This document shows, piece after piece, positions 36,995 through 54,222 of a stretch of DNA of 63,134 nucleotides. Positions within the stretch are counted from its first letter, which is position 1. Every line of letters starts with the position of its first letter. Source of the DNA: Atractiella rhizophila. Lineage: Eukaryota. The stretch lies in NCBI GenBank assembly GCA_021432655.1, contig MU271361.1, positions 1 through 63,134 of the forward strand, in the 5' to 3' direction. A model generated the notes under the pieces. The model saw only the letters and a program-made list of their open reading frames with translations, did not search any database and had not been told where the DNA came from. Both the position numbers and the translations under genes were made by a program.

Positions 36995-38751
36995 TTACAA
37001 TTTGCTATCGTCATCCCGTTCTGAACCCATCGGAATAAAGTCTTCATTCTTCTGTCATGCTTTTCAGCGAGCTCCGAAGCACAATTCATGACTTACCTTT
37101 GTCTTTGCTTTTCGCCCACCAAAGCCCAATACGCCGAGAAAGAGAAGGGCAGCCATCGCGACACATACAACTGCTAGGGTGACCCCAGCTCCAATAAAAC
37201 CTGCACCGACAGGAGAGACAGCATAGTGTTTCCCCCCCGAAGAAATCGAGGGACTGTCATTCCCTTCTGAGGCACGCACTAAGTCACATCCTCGAGCTGA
37301 CGTCTGATTACAGACGGAACACCAGTCTGACAGCGACTCGAGTTTATATGGCTGGAGGATGCTTCAGCGAACCTTTGGCGACGGACTGTCAGGAACACTT
37401 GCGCTCAACTTCGAGACGAAGGTCTCGTAGTCTGTGTCCCCAGCGTCTCCAAACATGTTCAACTGAGCGAGATCTCCATCCGTTCCGTTCCTAAACATCA
37501 TCCTGACAGAATATTGTGCATCATTGCTTCTTCGCAGCTCAAAAACAAGTTGGCTCGCGTAATTGACAATGCCTAAACCTGAGAACTGCCAAGAAGGGTT
37601 TGCCGACGGACTGAGGGTCGCGGATGTCAAGTTGAAAAGGGATATGAACGGTTTATACGAGATTCCTTTGATTGAAACTCTGACTGGTTGGCTAGAGTTG
37701 GTAAAGGTGTTGAGATCCGATAGGATTGGAGCGAGAATTGTATGCCCTCCGACTAATACAAAGTGAGGGTAGTTTAGAACATCATATGAGGACTTACTAT
37801 TGCCGATGTCACTGAGATTCGGACTAGAGAATAAACTACCTTCGTGGTAATTCGCCAGAGCACGTAGCTGGGCAAGAGTGCTCCCAGTAACGTCACCATC
37901 GCGGGTGGCGATCAGGGAGGCGAAAGTGGAATTGTGAATGCTTTGGACGTTCGCATAGTCGAAAACATTATAGCCATTTTCGAGATCTGCTGGTCTCCCG
38001 TCTAATAAATCCCTAAGGCTGTTGTAAAACGCGGCAGAATCATTAGACATCTGCAAAAAGTTGGCAGAATCGTAGACGGCGTTAGTGTGCTTCGTAAATG
38101 CGGGACATGAAGTCCATCCTTCCAGTGAAATGACCTCTTCTGGTTCGACAGTAACGACGGATACGTATTGATAGCCGGAAAGAGGAGAAGTGATCGTTGT
38201 ACCATTAGCGAGGATGATCTGCGATGAGCCAGTGGGAGGCCACATTCCTGATCAACGAGAGATATTGACTCAGGGTTGTAGAAGCGTGTGCAACAGGGCA
38301 TACATGTACCTTGCATCCACGCTGATGTCGAATCGATTATTGTTGTCCCTTCACCTCCACCATCAGCCGAGACTTGAACTTGATCCTCATCGTAAAGGCC
38401 CGTACTGATGCCTAAAGAACTAGCATCAGTATCACTTCCTTAAATCAAAGCAGGAACCACCTTGAATGTAGCTTGGTGAGCTTGCATTGAGATAGACGGA
38501 GCGCATGTACTGTCCAACTGAGAAAAGTTGGTTCTCCCCGAGCTTGTCTTGGGCCGTCACTGCTGCCATCTTGTGGGCAATGAACAACTCACTGGGGTGA
38601 CCTCAGTATCGGCTGCAGTATAAGTCTCAGGATCTTGGTAAAATCCTTTCGAAGTCGTGTCAACAAGTCACTTCAAATATGTCATGAGTCTTGACATACC
38701 GCGACGATCACCATGTCTGGCCAGCATAACTGCTCCTACGACTTGTGACAT
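36995..38751 (-). CDS. Histidine phosphatase superfamily (branch 2, acid-phosphatase-like) protein with C-terminal TM
   Basis: MSQVVGAVMLARHGDRR catalytic motif, TPLG, LEGWTSCP, NVFDY, YASQLVFEL and TM VGAGFIGAGVTLAVVCVAMAALLFLGVL. Confidence 0.85.
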
Positions 38752-39263
38752 CTTCGCGATCTATCCTGCGACTTAGATGGCAGGTCGAAACGGGCCTGAC
38801 GGCGAGCCTTTTATATCTGGCCGTGATGTCTCTGATTCGAGGAAAAACAGGATCGGCGATCGCATTTGTAAAAAGCCACACCACCTAAAGAAAGGTTAGT
38901 GTTCGACTGGGTTCAACGTTCTCCGGTCAAAAGACAGTAAACTAGCAGTCTTACTCATGGTCGCTCACTGTTGGGTGATTTTCAGCCTTTGCACCTGCTG
39001 GACAGAACAGAACATGGTATGGAGCAGTTTCGGCGGTGAGGTAAGGCCGAGGAGTACGTTTGCACGTGAGACGAATATTGCTCCCATGTTTTGTTTCTCC
39101 AAAAATGTGAAAGTTATATAGAGTGTGATATCTATCTAGATTGTTACGTTGAGCAATTTTTGAGTCTCAAGTTCAGTTTATTTATCGCTCAAGCTAGTAC
39201 AGCTTCGATAAACAAGAAACTAGTCCCTCACCTCAAGAAAAAATCACCTTGAGGGCTCCGCTT

Positions 39264-39742
39264 ATGCAGACTGTTAATATAATTCTCATGATAGCGATAT
39301 ACGCAGGGATCATCCTTGGCGGCCCTGCGCTCCAGCTCTGGGCGAAGTTGATTACAGAAGAACAGGAACAAGCAGCAGAGGAAACCGAGTAGAACAACAT
39401 CAGCTATCTATTGAAGCCTTCGGACACTCTCGAAAGTTTAGAACTCAGCCTTTGACGACTGCCTCTGGAAGCTGGCTCATAAGATCTTCCTTGCACCACC
39501 ACCCTCGCTTCAGCACGATGAACGACGGCCAGTTCGAAGTGTTGGGATTCAACCAGGATATTTTACCCGAGTGCAGACAGTTCAACAGGATAGCCCCAGA
39601 AGACATAAAATTTCTTGATGACCGTGGTGAGTTCGCTGTGATTATATAGCTGACCTTAGTTGAGTTTGGTACAGGTATTCCACATCAAGGATTGAAGACG
39701 GCCTATGTGGGATGCCCGAAGTTAGGACGGTGGATGTTTTGA
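39264..39742 (+). CDS. Possible small secreted or membrane protein (3 exons)
   Basis: Hydrophobic N-terminus MQTVNIILMIAIYAGIILGG. Two GT-AG introns keep one frame to a TGA at 39740-39742. No homolog recognised. Confidence 0.3.
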
Positions 39743-39770
39743 CTACTCGTAAATATATGCGTACATCACA

Positions 39771-42354
<2,584 letters not shown>

Positions 42355-42977
42355 TTTGAATGATGAACCAGAACATCTCCTCTCTGTCTTTATATATGTA
42401 TTGGGTGACAGAGACGAGAGTCGAAATGCCACGTAGCAGTTTCTGAATGATCCCTCTCCACTCAGAAATGTCGACGTGTCGTCGGGATTTTGGGCGTGTC
42501 ACAAGGTGAGGTGACTTGCCTCGCATTGCTTCAGCAATTGTTAGACAACAAGCCCGGCTTGACAGGCTATGACATACAGGCGGAGAACGAGGGAGGTGAC
42601 TTCTCGCAATCTTGCCTTGTATACTTGTATAAATTGACAAGACTCACATCATATTCGATTCTATGCGAGAAAAACGCGTCCGCGGCAAATTTGGAAGCTC
42701 GACTCAAGATTGCAAACTTCACAAGAGGGTCGATTGTTTGGTGACATTCACCAGGCGACTGCGCATAAGGCACAGGGTGAGCAGAGCTGCTGAAAGTCGT
42801 GACACCTACTCTTGTTCTCGTTATATAAAGAGGTGTAGGAGAGCACAAAGGCAAGGAATCACATATCAATGTAGGAGTTAGGTCGCTTGTCCTTCGCCAC
42901 AACACCAAATTAGCACCCAAGCTCTAAGACAAAACTTCCAATAGTATTACAACAGACAGGTAAACGATACGCACATC

Positions 42978-43815
42978 TCAATCCCTCCAAACAACCTTCC
43001 CTTCAGCCATTCTCTCACTCCACATAACTCTCTTCCAATAAACCTTCCGGATCTCCCTATACTGCTTCACGAAGTCCTCTTCCGCTAGTTTACCTTCCAG
43101 AAATTCATTTGCTAATGACTCCGAAAGGTCGTCATGTTGCGTTGTGGCGTAGCGAAGACGCTGCAACTGGGAAGGGAGGGAGAAGCGCTAAAATGTTGAT
43201 TCAGATGAAATGCGTCAAGGAAGGAATAATAGGTACAGACCCGATACAATTCAGATTGCTCCTTCTCCAAAACCTCCCACCGAGAACGAAGATTGTTCGC
43301 TTCCGCGAAAACTTTGGACGTTTCTTCCCGCAAACTTTCGAGAGCAGGACGCAGCGCGTTGTTATGCTCTGCAATGGCAAGCGTCATAACGTCGTTCAAT
43401 ACTCAAGACATGATAAACATCATACCAGCAAGCTCGATTGTGCTCTTTAACGAGCTTTCCTGCTGCATCACGAGCGATTGAACTTGTGGAAGGGAGTGAA
43501 AGAGCGCATCAAAATACGCTGGATCCCGCAATGCATCTTCGAGATCATCGCGGCTGCCCAATCAAAGTCAAACCAATATCAGAGGCCATTCAGCGTGGCT
43601 TCTTCCTTCCCGAGTACGAAAGAAGGCAACGAGGGAATAGCACACCTCAGCTGAGCCAAGGAGGGAAAATGTTGAAACAATTGGTCATTTATCGCGTCTC
43701 CACCACCCATTTCTGTAGTATCATTCTGACTTGTGCTGGTCGACATGGACGGCGCTGGAGAGTTGATGGGGCCGGGGAAGGGCGATGGAGAGTATTGTGG
43801 CACTGGAACAGACAT
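42978..43815 (-). CDS. VPS37: ESCRT-I subunit Vps37 (Mod(r) domain)
   Basis: Coiled coil followed by HDDLSESLANEFLEG...FVKQYREIRKVYWKR, typical of the Mod_r C-terminus. Confidence 0.8.
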
Positions 43816-43987
43816 GGCGGTAGCAATTCGTTGGTTGGAAAAATGATTGGTAATGGTCGTCGAAGGGAGATTATGGCGGACTGTTGTAGATAAAACTGAA
43901 TCTGGCAGAAAGTTCAGACAAAGACCTTCGCAGCAAATCATGTTTATACGTGATAAAGTTTGTCGTGTGCAGCACACGAAAACGACC

Positions 43988-44586
43988 ATGCAATCACCTT
44001 TTCTGCTTTTCGTGCTGCTCGCAGTCGGTCATGCCTTCACTCTGCTGCCTCGATTACCCTTGACCAGCACAGAACCCACGTTATATTGGTGCAAATGCAT
44101 CTGCTTCAACAACTACCAGATTCTTCCTCTCTACCGACCTGAAGACGAGTCCAAGCCATGTTTAACGTGCACCAAGCAGTGGTGTCTTAGTCAGGGATTG
44201 GATATTTGTACAGACGCTAGTAATCCGGATGTGGACCCTGATACGGCCACTGGAGAGGAAGGGGATGTGAGGACCAAGTGTTTTCAGGTAGGCATCCTTG
44301 TCACTCGCTTCATTCTGGGATAGGTGTAGGTCTGAGGTGGAATATTAATCTGATTGGTTTGGTGTGGTAGAGAGACTCAGTTAGAGACCAAGTGATAATA
44401 TTCACATTCATCCTCGTCGCAGGCGGGATGCTGTGCATCGCTCTCCTCAAGCGGATTGGTGGTCTCGCGCCTCTTTCCCAGCAAATACAATCGTGGAGTG
44501 CCATCGCACGAGGTAGGCGGAGAGGCGAGATCGGTCTAGGCAGCTCTACAGCGAGGTATACGCCGATGTCGCAGACAGAACATTGA
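43988..44586 (+). CDS. Small Cys-rich type I membrane protein (signal peptide, CKCIC/CxxC, one TM)
   Basis: MQSPFLLFVLLAVGHA signal, WCKCICFNN, CLTCTKQWC, CFQ|RDSVRDQ across an intron, and TM VIIFTFILVAGGMLCIALL. Confidence 0.75.
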
Positions 44587-44603
44587 TGGAGTGAAATGGA
44601 TGT

Positions 44604-46663
44604 TCATTCTTCCCCTTCGTCCTCTTTCGATAACGATACCTCCTCCTCCTCCCCTTCGGATTGTAGCCCTGGCTCATTCACCCCGAATATTGAAGTCTTC
44701 CCATCCATTCTCGCTGCATCCGGTATCACACCTTCTCGATTGAAATATCTGGACGAACCTCTTACTTGGTGCTCAGGGAGAAGGAAACTAGACGTACAAA
44801 TATGCATCTCCCGTATAGGAATCGAGGAAGCTCGTCCATTTTGCAAATCTGTACAACGAATCAACACATCTTCTATCTGTCTAGGAATACATGAAACACA
44901 CGGAAACGACTCAGCCTCCTCCAACTGCATCCTCGGCAAAATCTCCATCCGCTTAAATTCTCCAATCCTATCATCTAATGACTCAAAAAGGAGTTCCTCT
45001 TTCTTCCCATCCTCTGCTTGCTGAGTTGAGAGCTTCCCCGCCTTCGCGTTCTTCTCTACTGTTTCATTCAAATTCCTCACACGTTTATTGTACCCACTGA
45101 AGTGCGGACGATCCAAGATTAAGCCTAATGCTGGAGCTTTGGGAATCGCGAGACGGGAGGGGAGAAATGTCTGGGCGATCAGAGAGGCCGGTGTGCAGGA
45201 ACGGCACAGGAGGATTATGAGTCCGACCATTTTTCGCTGGAAGAAGAACATTAGCGTGTCTTGTTGAATCAGACGGAGGAGTGGATGCTTGGAGAGGGAG
45301 GACCAACGATTTGGTGTAGCATGAATGATTGGCCGTGCACGTTTATCGTAATCCACTCTGTCCCATCTACGAGTACCGGATCTGTGACCTGTCTCCAAAT
45401 CTCCTTTCAGCATCAACGCAAAACTCAAGCCGAAGGACCGACAGTTAAGCTCCTCATTGTCCTCCGCGCGTTATTGTCTTTGAAAGTCTTGCCAATTGTG
45501 AAATTATGGAACTTATTCGTCCCCTCGTATTGCTTGACAGTTTCCCTTATCCTTTTCAACATTTGATCACTGATCCTCCACTTCCTCATCCGCTCCACCC
45601 TACTCCAGAAAGCTTCCGGCTCAACTTCTATCCATCCCTTCCCTCCCTCCGAAGCTGGTGGAGGTTCAATCGCTCCTTCCGCCAGCTCAGCTTCCGACAA
45701 TCCATCCCAAAAGGACACCTCCGGAGGATCTCCCGCTGAGCGTGGAGAAGAATGGAATCGCTTCCCAGCTGCCGAACAAGGATGGGGAGCAAGGAAAACG
45801 TAGGTAGGAAGGGAATATTCATACGACCGCGAGTCGCAAAGTATTCGCGGATTGAAGGAGTTCTGAACACGAACGTACCTCCATAGCCGGATGGCGGATG
45901 GGAGATAGCTGTTGAGATGCGATATGAGGAGATCGGGTTCTGGAGTTGGAGGCGCTGGGGTGGAAGGAGAGGGAGTGGTGGAGCGCGGACGCTTTTGAGG
46001 TACAACAGTACTGGAATCATCGATCGGTTCGGAAGTGGTTGTTTCTTCGTTCTGAACATTTTCTGGTAATAAATCAGCAGGAGTTAAAGGTGCGTCAACC
46101 TCAAGTGTCTTCGTAAGCGAAGATGGATTGAGGATCATCTTGAGACTGATGCAATTCAATGCCGCATGCACACCAGCATCAGTCCTCGCTGTACGATTCA
46201 AGGCAACCTGAGAAAAATGTGCGGGAACTCAACGATATTTCGGAAAACGGTTTAATGAAGAAAGACAGACTTTGGTAGGATTTACAGCATTGTCTTTCGA
46301 CACACAGCCAGCATCAACGAGCGCCTGAAAAATATCGCCCTCAATAGTCTTCGCATCAGGATTCCTGCATAAGGTATAAGTCAGAACTTTGATAATCCAC
46401 AAGCATATAAGAACTGCTCACACTTGACTGCCATTATATCCATGTCCAACATACCCAAAAAGCAATGCAACCTTTTTCTTGGGAAGCCTTCCACCTTCTT
46501 CAACATCCTCTCCCTCAGCCGCCACCCGTGCGCTGTTCATCTCCCGCCGCGTCCCGTGGCCTTTATATTTCGTTACCTTTTGACGTTTGGATGACATGCT
46601 GAATGTCCTGCGACTCAGCGGGAAGACAGCTTGAAGCGTGAGTCTGAGGGGTTGGTAGTGCAT
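44604..46663 (-). CDS. PUS1: tRNA pseudouridine synthase Pus1 (TruA family)
   Basis: PKKKVALLFGYVGHGYNGSQ, RTARTDAGVHA, CDSRSYEY, YEGTNKFHNFT, GQSFMLHQI|RKMVG and IPKAPALGLILDRPHF. Confidence 0.93.
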
Positions 46664-47040
46664 TGTCGGAATTGGACTTTTTCGGACTTTGCCGACACGC
46701 TGAACAAAAACAACGATGAGAGTCCCTCTGCCCTTGGTTTCTAGGTATGTGCATGTCATATTGGTATTACAATGAATGCTGAAACACTAGCAGGGTTGCA
46801 GACCCAATTATTGGCATTTTCTCGGGCCTTTTAGCCTATCATTCTTACGAACGAAATAATGTGAAGCCAGGGAAGACTTTCATGGAGCTATTGCAGAGGA
46901 AGTGGGATAGGTTGGGAGCGTAGAGCTGTGTGTGCACATCCCCTTTCTGCGATGGAAGTATCTTGATAGAAGAGTACAGGTCTTTGCATGTGCAATTGTA
47001 TTTTGGACATCGAACCAACCAAGTCTGTGTCTGTCGTGGT

Positions 47041-48614
47041 CTAAGACAAGCTAGCACCCACGAAGTTCGGGGCTTTGCAAACGCCTTTCTTTGATACTAT
47101 CCTGTGCACCTTTGTCTTGTCACTAGGATCAACCCAAGCGCAATCTTTGTTGTCTAGGGTAGTAAAACCTATCCAGCCCATCCATGAGTAACCCTTCATT
47201 GTCAGAAAGGGATGGCAACCAACCAGGTTGGATTATTTCCCATTGCTTTTTCTTCGGATTAAGTTGTTCCAGAGCCGTCTGCTCTTTCAAATCCTTCAAA
47301 AAAGACTCGGTCGCCAGGAACGGAACCCTCAGGAGGCGAGACGAGTTCAACACCTCCATCCTTTCCATCGGGTGATGTTGCCTATAATTTGATTCATCCT
47401 CACTCAGCTATTGTGATGGAAGAGGAAGGAAAGGGACGACAAACGCAGAGAACCATTGCGAAGGACTTGATCCCACGCATCGCTGCGGGTTTTAGATTGC
47501 AAACGCCCACCAGCAGTCGATTTTCCATCTCCTCAATGGGGACATATTTAACTAGCCCGCTAACAACCGTCCTCGGACCTTCAGGTTCTCCAAAATCCTT
47601 CAACGACGATCGAATTAGCGAATCGTGATGAGGAGGAAAAGAGAGCCTCACAATCTGCTCGACATAGAGAGAGTCCGCGTCTGGGTGCCGCTTCACCTCC
47701 ACGATCTTTCCAATCCTCAAATCGATCATATGAGGCATAGGTGGCCCCACATCTGCTGCTTTCCCAGCGCTTCCTCCTCCTCCGCTAGCTTTCGCAGGTT
47801 GCTCCTTCTTTTCCTTCTTGGGCTTCTCCTTCTTCTCTCCATTGTTCCCCTCCTTCTCCACCTTTACAGTTTCGGCTGCACCAGCTTTCTTCTCTGCTTC
47901 TTTCGCTGGCGCTGCCGCCGAAGAAGTGTCTGCTTTCTTGGGCTTCTTCTCTTTCACTTCTTTTGGACGCTCCACAACGGGCACATCATCGAGATCGATT
48001 GATACGGAAGAGGGATTGAAAAATTCTGTGAGGAGAGAGGAGAGCGAGGGCAGAGATTGGATGGTCACGAAGTGACGTGTGAGAGAAGAGTAGGAGAGGC
48101 GATCTGCGTGTGTTGCAGCTGACTGGAATAATTGTTGTTGGAGTCAGCACACGACTCAAACGACTCGACTTGGGGACAAAAGTGATAGAGAGGAACGCAC
48201 GATTTGAGGATGGGCGAGAGAAAACAGCAGATAATCAGCTATGGTGGGCTGCACGGTGTTTGAAATGTAAGTGCGAGAGAGAAGGTGGGTGTTAACATCC
48301 TAAATCCAACTATTTCGTTTCCAGCCCAATGCAAGAGATAAACTTCCGCACCTTCGTATCTAGTTTCCCATCCTTGAGCTTCCCGATCCACCTTTGTGTC
48401 TCTTTTTGCTGCACTTCGTCTTTTCCAAGCACAGATGCTTCCTTTCCCTTCAGAGAGGCAATGAGATCATTTACTCCATCTGCGAGCTGCACACCACAGA
48501 TGCGATTGATCAGATAGGTTTTTACGCCAACATAGAGCGTACCGACTTGCCCTTTGGTGCCTCGGACGAATAGATTGAAGCCAGGAAAGCGAGTGTAGTC
48601 TCATCGTTTGGCAT
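47041..48614 (-). CDS. ARC1: tRNA-aminoacylation cofactor Arc1 (GST-like N-terminus, Lys-rich linker, tRNA-binding OB fold)
   Basis: [53 protein letters not shown] and [13 protein letters not shown]. Stop at 47041-47043. Confidence 0.9.
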
Positions 48615-48709
48615 CGTGGTTGTTTGATCAGGTCTGGTTCCAGCAAAAGTTTGAACCGCAGCAAAAACGACGAAGATACTTCAATCCAAAAAGTCAACGA
48701 ACTGAACAA

Positions 48710-50671
<1,962 letters not shown>

Positions 50672-51126
50672 CGGACTTATGCTACTCACGCTTCTGTTTC
50701 CAGCTAGCTAGCTTTCGAATCTCATCTCCTATCTCCAACTACGATCTATCAGCACTTTACCTCCAGGTTCCCACGGCATGCAGCGACGGTTTCGGGGGCC
50801 TCAACGCCAAAGTGCTGATACTCACGTTTTCTTTTTACAGTTCAACCATCCTCTACGAGTTTGATCGTTATTGTCAGGAATATGTATGTGGACATGGAGT
50901 TCTGACTTACAGGTCCAACCCTGCTATCTATCTAGCGATGAAAATTCATACGTTCAACTTTGTTGCTCTGGTTGGTTCCATTTCACCAATCCGCCCTCCC
51001 GTCTTCCAGCGAAGAAGAATGTATGGATTACAACATGCTGGCAAGTCTATCCAGGTAGATACATGCGCCAATTAATACCCCAATTGAACTACGACCTAAA
51101 ATGCTCGAAATCTATGACAACGTCGT

Positions 51127-52029
51127 CTACCGAGTCATCCTCAAGAAAGCGAGAAGCAACGCGAGAGAACCAGTCAGCGTCCCTATCGTACGATCAGCGT
51201 CAGTGCTCAGTTCCAGGAAAGGTAGGGTCAAAGAATACGTACCCACGAGATACTGGACGATGTTGAGCTTGATCTGCTCCATGGCTGTCCTGAGCCCAGA
51301 AATTTCATTTTCAATCCTTGCATCTACTTCCCTAAGCTTCAAATCCCTCTGTGTCAACTCATCTCTTATCCGTCCCTTCTCGAGATTGAGGTCGAGGCGG
51401 ACCCCGCCTTGAGTTTTCATGATTTCCTATCGCGAGCCCAAGTAAGCGTGATGGCAAAGCAGAGAGTGTGGGAGAGGCCAACCTGGTTTAGGCGTCGCTT
51501 CAGGGATTCAATGTCGGCAAGCAAACGCTCATTCTCGCTTTTGAGTGCTTGATAGTCCGTATTGGAGTACAGGTGGAGCTCGCTCTTCAATTTGGCAAAG
51601 TCAACTTTTTGAGAGAACTGGTGCTACTTCCCACGACCAATACACTCAACATCTGCTCGTTCAGGTCCCAGAGGAGGGACAGACCTTCTCATGTGTTGTC
51701 CTAGATACCAGTCCTTCCATCATCCCCTTAACGCTTTCATCCACCGTCTCCTTCAGGATAACCATCAACCCCTCTGCCTGTCCCCTGGACAGTCCCCCTT
51801 GCTTCTGCAGCTTCTCCACAAACAGCGACGTATCAAACCGCACGGGCTGATGCTGGTTCAGGCGACGAGAAGATGAAAGCGGTCGCGTGAGGAGTAAGCG
51901 AGCTAATTGTGACTGCGTTGGCTGACGGAGCGGAGAGAACGGGGGAACAGCCCTCAGCTGCGACAGGAGAAGGGCGGATCTCGTGGAGGTGTGGAGGCTG
52001 ATTGGACTCGGTTTATAAAGTAGGGCCAT
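51127..52029 (-). CDS. FMP32: Mitochondrial DUF1640 protein (Fmp32/MCUR1/CCDC90-like)
   Basis: Arg/Ser-rich presequence, FDTSLFVEKLQ..GLSRGQAE, KVDFAKLKSEL, GGVRLDLNLEKGRIRDE and C-terminal TM GSLALLLAFLR. Confidence 0.88.
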
Positions 52030-52159
52030 AATTTCTGAGGTTTCTTGTAAACTTCGTCGTTTCTTCTAGCTTCTCCTTGCCAACCCAACCCAACGTCACA
52101 GACACAGACTGCCTTTGAGGAGTACGTACGATCTGATAAACTCTATTCTCAAAAGAAAG

Positions 52160-54132
52160 ATGGCAGAGGTCATACTCCCTCCAGACCTTCCTCAGGAGTC
52201 AATTTCCGCCCTCAAGGGTATCAACGTTCCAGTGGTTAGCTTGAAAGATGAGTGCGCGGGTTGTGACTGGCGGGAGACGTGCGATGACCACGATGTCGGC
52301 GAGAATGGGTATCCTAAAGGTGTTGAGGTCGATTTAGAAAGCGTCATGGTGCGTCTTTTCCCGTGAAACTGTCATCGAATGGGACAATGGATGGAACTCA
52401 ACTTGTTGGCGTTTTTGTGACTTTGTTTGCTGAATTTCAAAGGAGCTAGAGCTGCGTTAGACCATAAATTGAGATAGGTCGAGATTGTCTGAAAGTGTTT
52501 GCTGCCACATGCGGCAACCTACGTTGATTTTTCTACCAGCTACCTTTGGGCCATGAAATATGCTATTCAATATGCTACTGTTGCAAAGGCATGCATTATG
52601 AGATTGGGTCGGTCCACAATGCACTTCGGCAAAAATGTGCTTTTCATTCAGGTTGTCCAAAATTGTGCGGGATCCAACGGGCAGCCTGTCCAGCCGTTTG
52701 AATATACTCAATGGTCCTTGCTCGGGCATATTTAGAGTGGAATTCAAACGTATGCTTGATGATTATGACTCCACCAGGAATAACATTTCATTTCGGAGAA
52801 CATGAAAATGACTGTGATTGTGACTGTGACGAAATCGCGTCCAGATGGCACACATATTTCATTCTGCGTTGAGCAACTCATATGCGGCTCAAAGATGTCG
52901 AATATGCATATATCATAGACATCGTGCTTGAAATACTCTCAGTCTTTTGGACATGTGCAAAGAAGCTGATAATTTACTTAGTTCCCTTCCATGAAAGGTT
53001 TCCACCGCCTCGCACTCGTCTCCACCTCCGTTTCGGATTGGCCTAGAGATGTGACAGACGACAGCTCTTCATTAGCCGGTCTTTTGAGTTCTTCCTACTC
53101 ACATCACGCGCACAAATCGCCGATGAAGACGATCAAGCGCGCCTCCGGCTTCCTCGATATTGCAAGAGCGAAGATCACTGGTCACGTCGAAGGAAAGGGA
53201 GGGAGGGTGGTGGGCGTGTTTGATAAGAATTGGGACGGTGGACACCTCGTTGAAAACAAGTTGACGATTTTGAATGCGAGTTTTCATGAGACGGAAGATG
53301 ATGAATTAGAAAGGCATAAGTACGGAAGCGTCATGGTCTTCCCCGATTTTCGGCTCGTGACGCCGATAAAGATGGACAAGGAGTCAGTTGACGAGGCCGT
53401 TGAGCGGTTAGTCTCTTTCCTCGCTAGAAAATTTGATATCTTGATGTTTCCGGTTGGAATAGGTACATAGGAATGGATGTTGACCGATTGGGAACAGCCT
53501 CCCCTTCCTCACGACTCAAAAGCTACATCCTTCCCTACCGTGTCGTTGTTCTCTTATGTGAGTTTTGTGCATCCTGTTCTCGCTATAGATGTTTACCTGT
53601 TACTCCATACAGGTAGCCACAAACGGCGCGACAAGCGCTGTCATCTCACCGCTCCGTCTCTCATACGAGCTTTCAGTCAAGCCTTCGAAAATGAAGGATG
53701 GGAGGTAGATGAACGAGGCGACGAGTGGGTACACCATTCCGGAGAGACGGCAGAAGGGGAGGGAGAGGGAGAAGAGGCACTGATGAAAAGACTGAAAGAG
53801 GCAGCGGAGGGGAATATGACTGGGATTTTCAAGGTCTCGCATATTGGAGGTCACAAATATGCGTCAGTTTTCCTTTATGGATCTTTAGAATACTCCACTG
53901 ATGGCGCGTAGAGGGAATGTCATTCTCGCCTTTCCGAATGGAACGCAATTGTGGTATGGTCGGGTGACACCGTTCTTTGTACCGCTTATCGTAAGTTCCA
54001 CATTGTAGCCAGCTTGCATCATTGATCATGAATGAGGAACAGGTGCAAAAGACGATCAAAGAGGGAATGGTGATTCAAGAGCTTTTACGTGGCGGGATAG
54101 GCATGAAAGGAAACTGGAAACAGAGTTGGTGA
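52160..54132 (+). CDS. APD1: Apd1-like thioredoxin-like [2Fe-2S] ferredoxin (sucrase/ferredoxin-like family)
   Basis: VST..SDWPRDV, VFPDF, spliced LLC-SHKRRDKR-C (CX8C) and HIGGHKYA, WYGRVTP and a C-terminal Trp. Confidence 0.88.
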
Positions 54133-54222
54133 TAACCTCTACATGTCATAGATTCCTACAAGTACAGTTTACGTCGTTGCAATCGTTAGAGAACAGTATC
54201 ACAAGCTGGATTCATGGATGAC

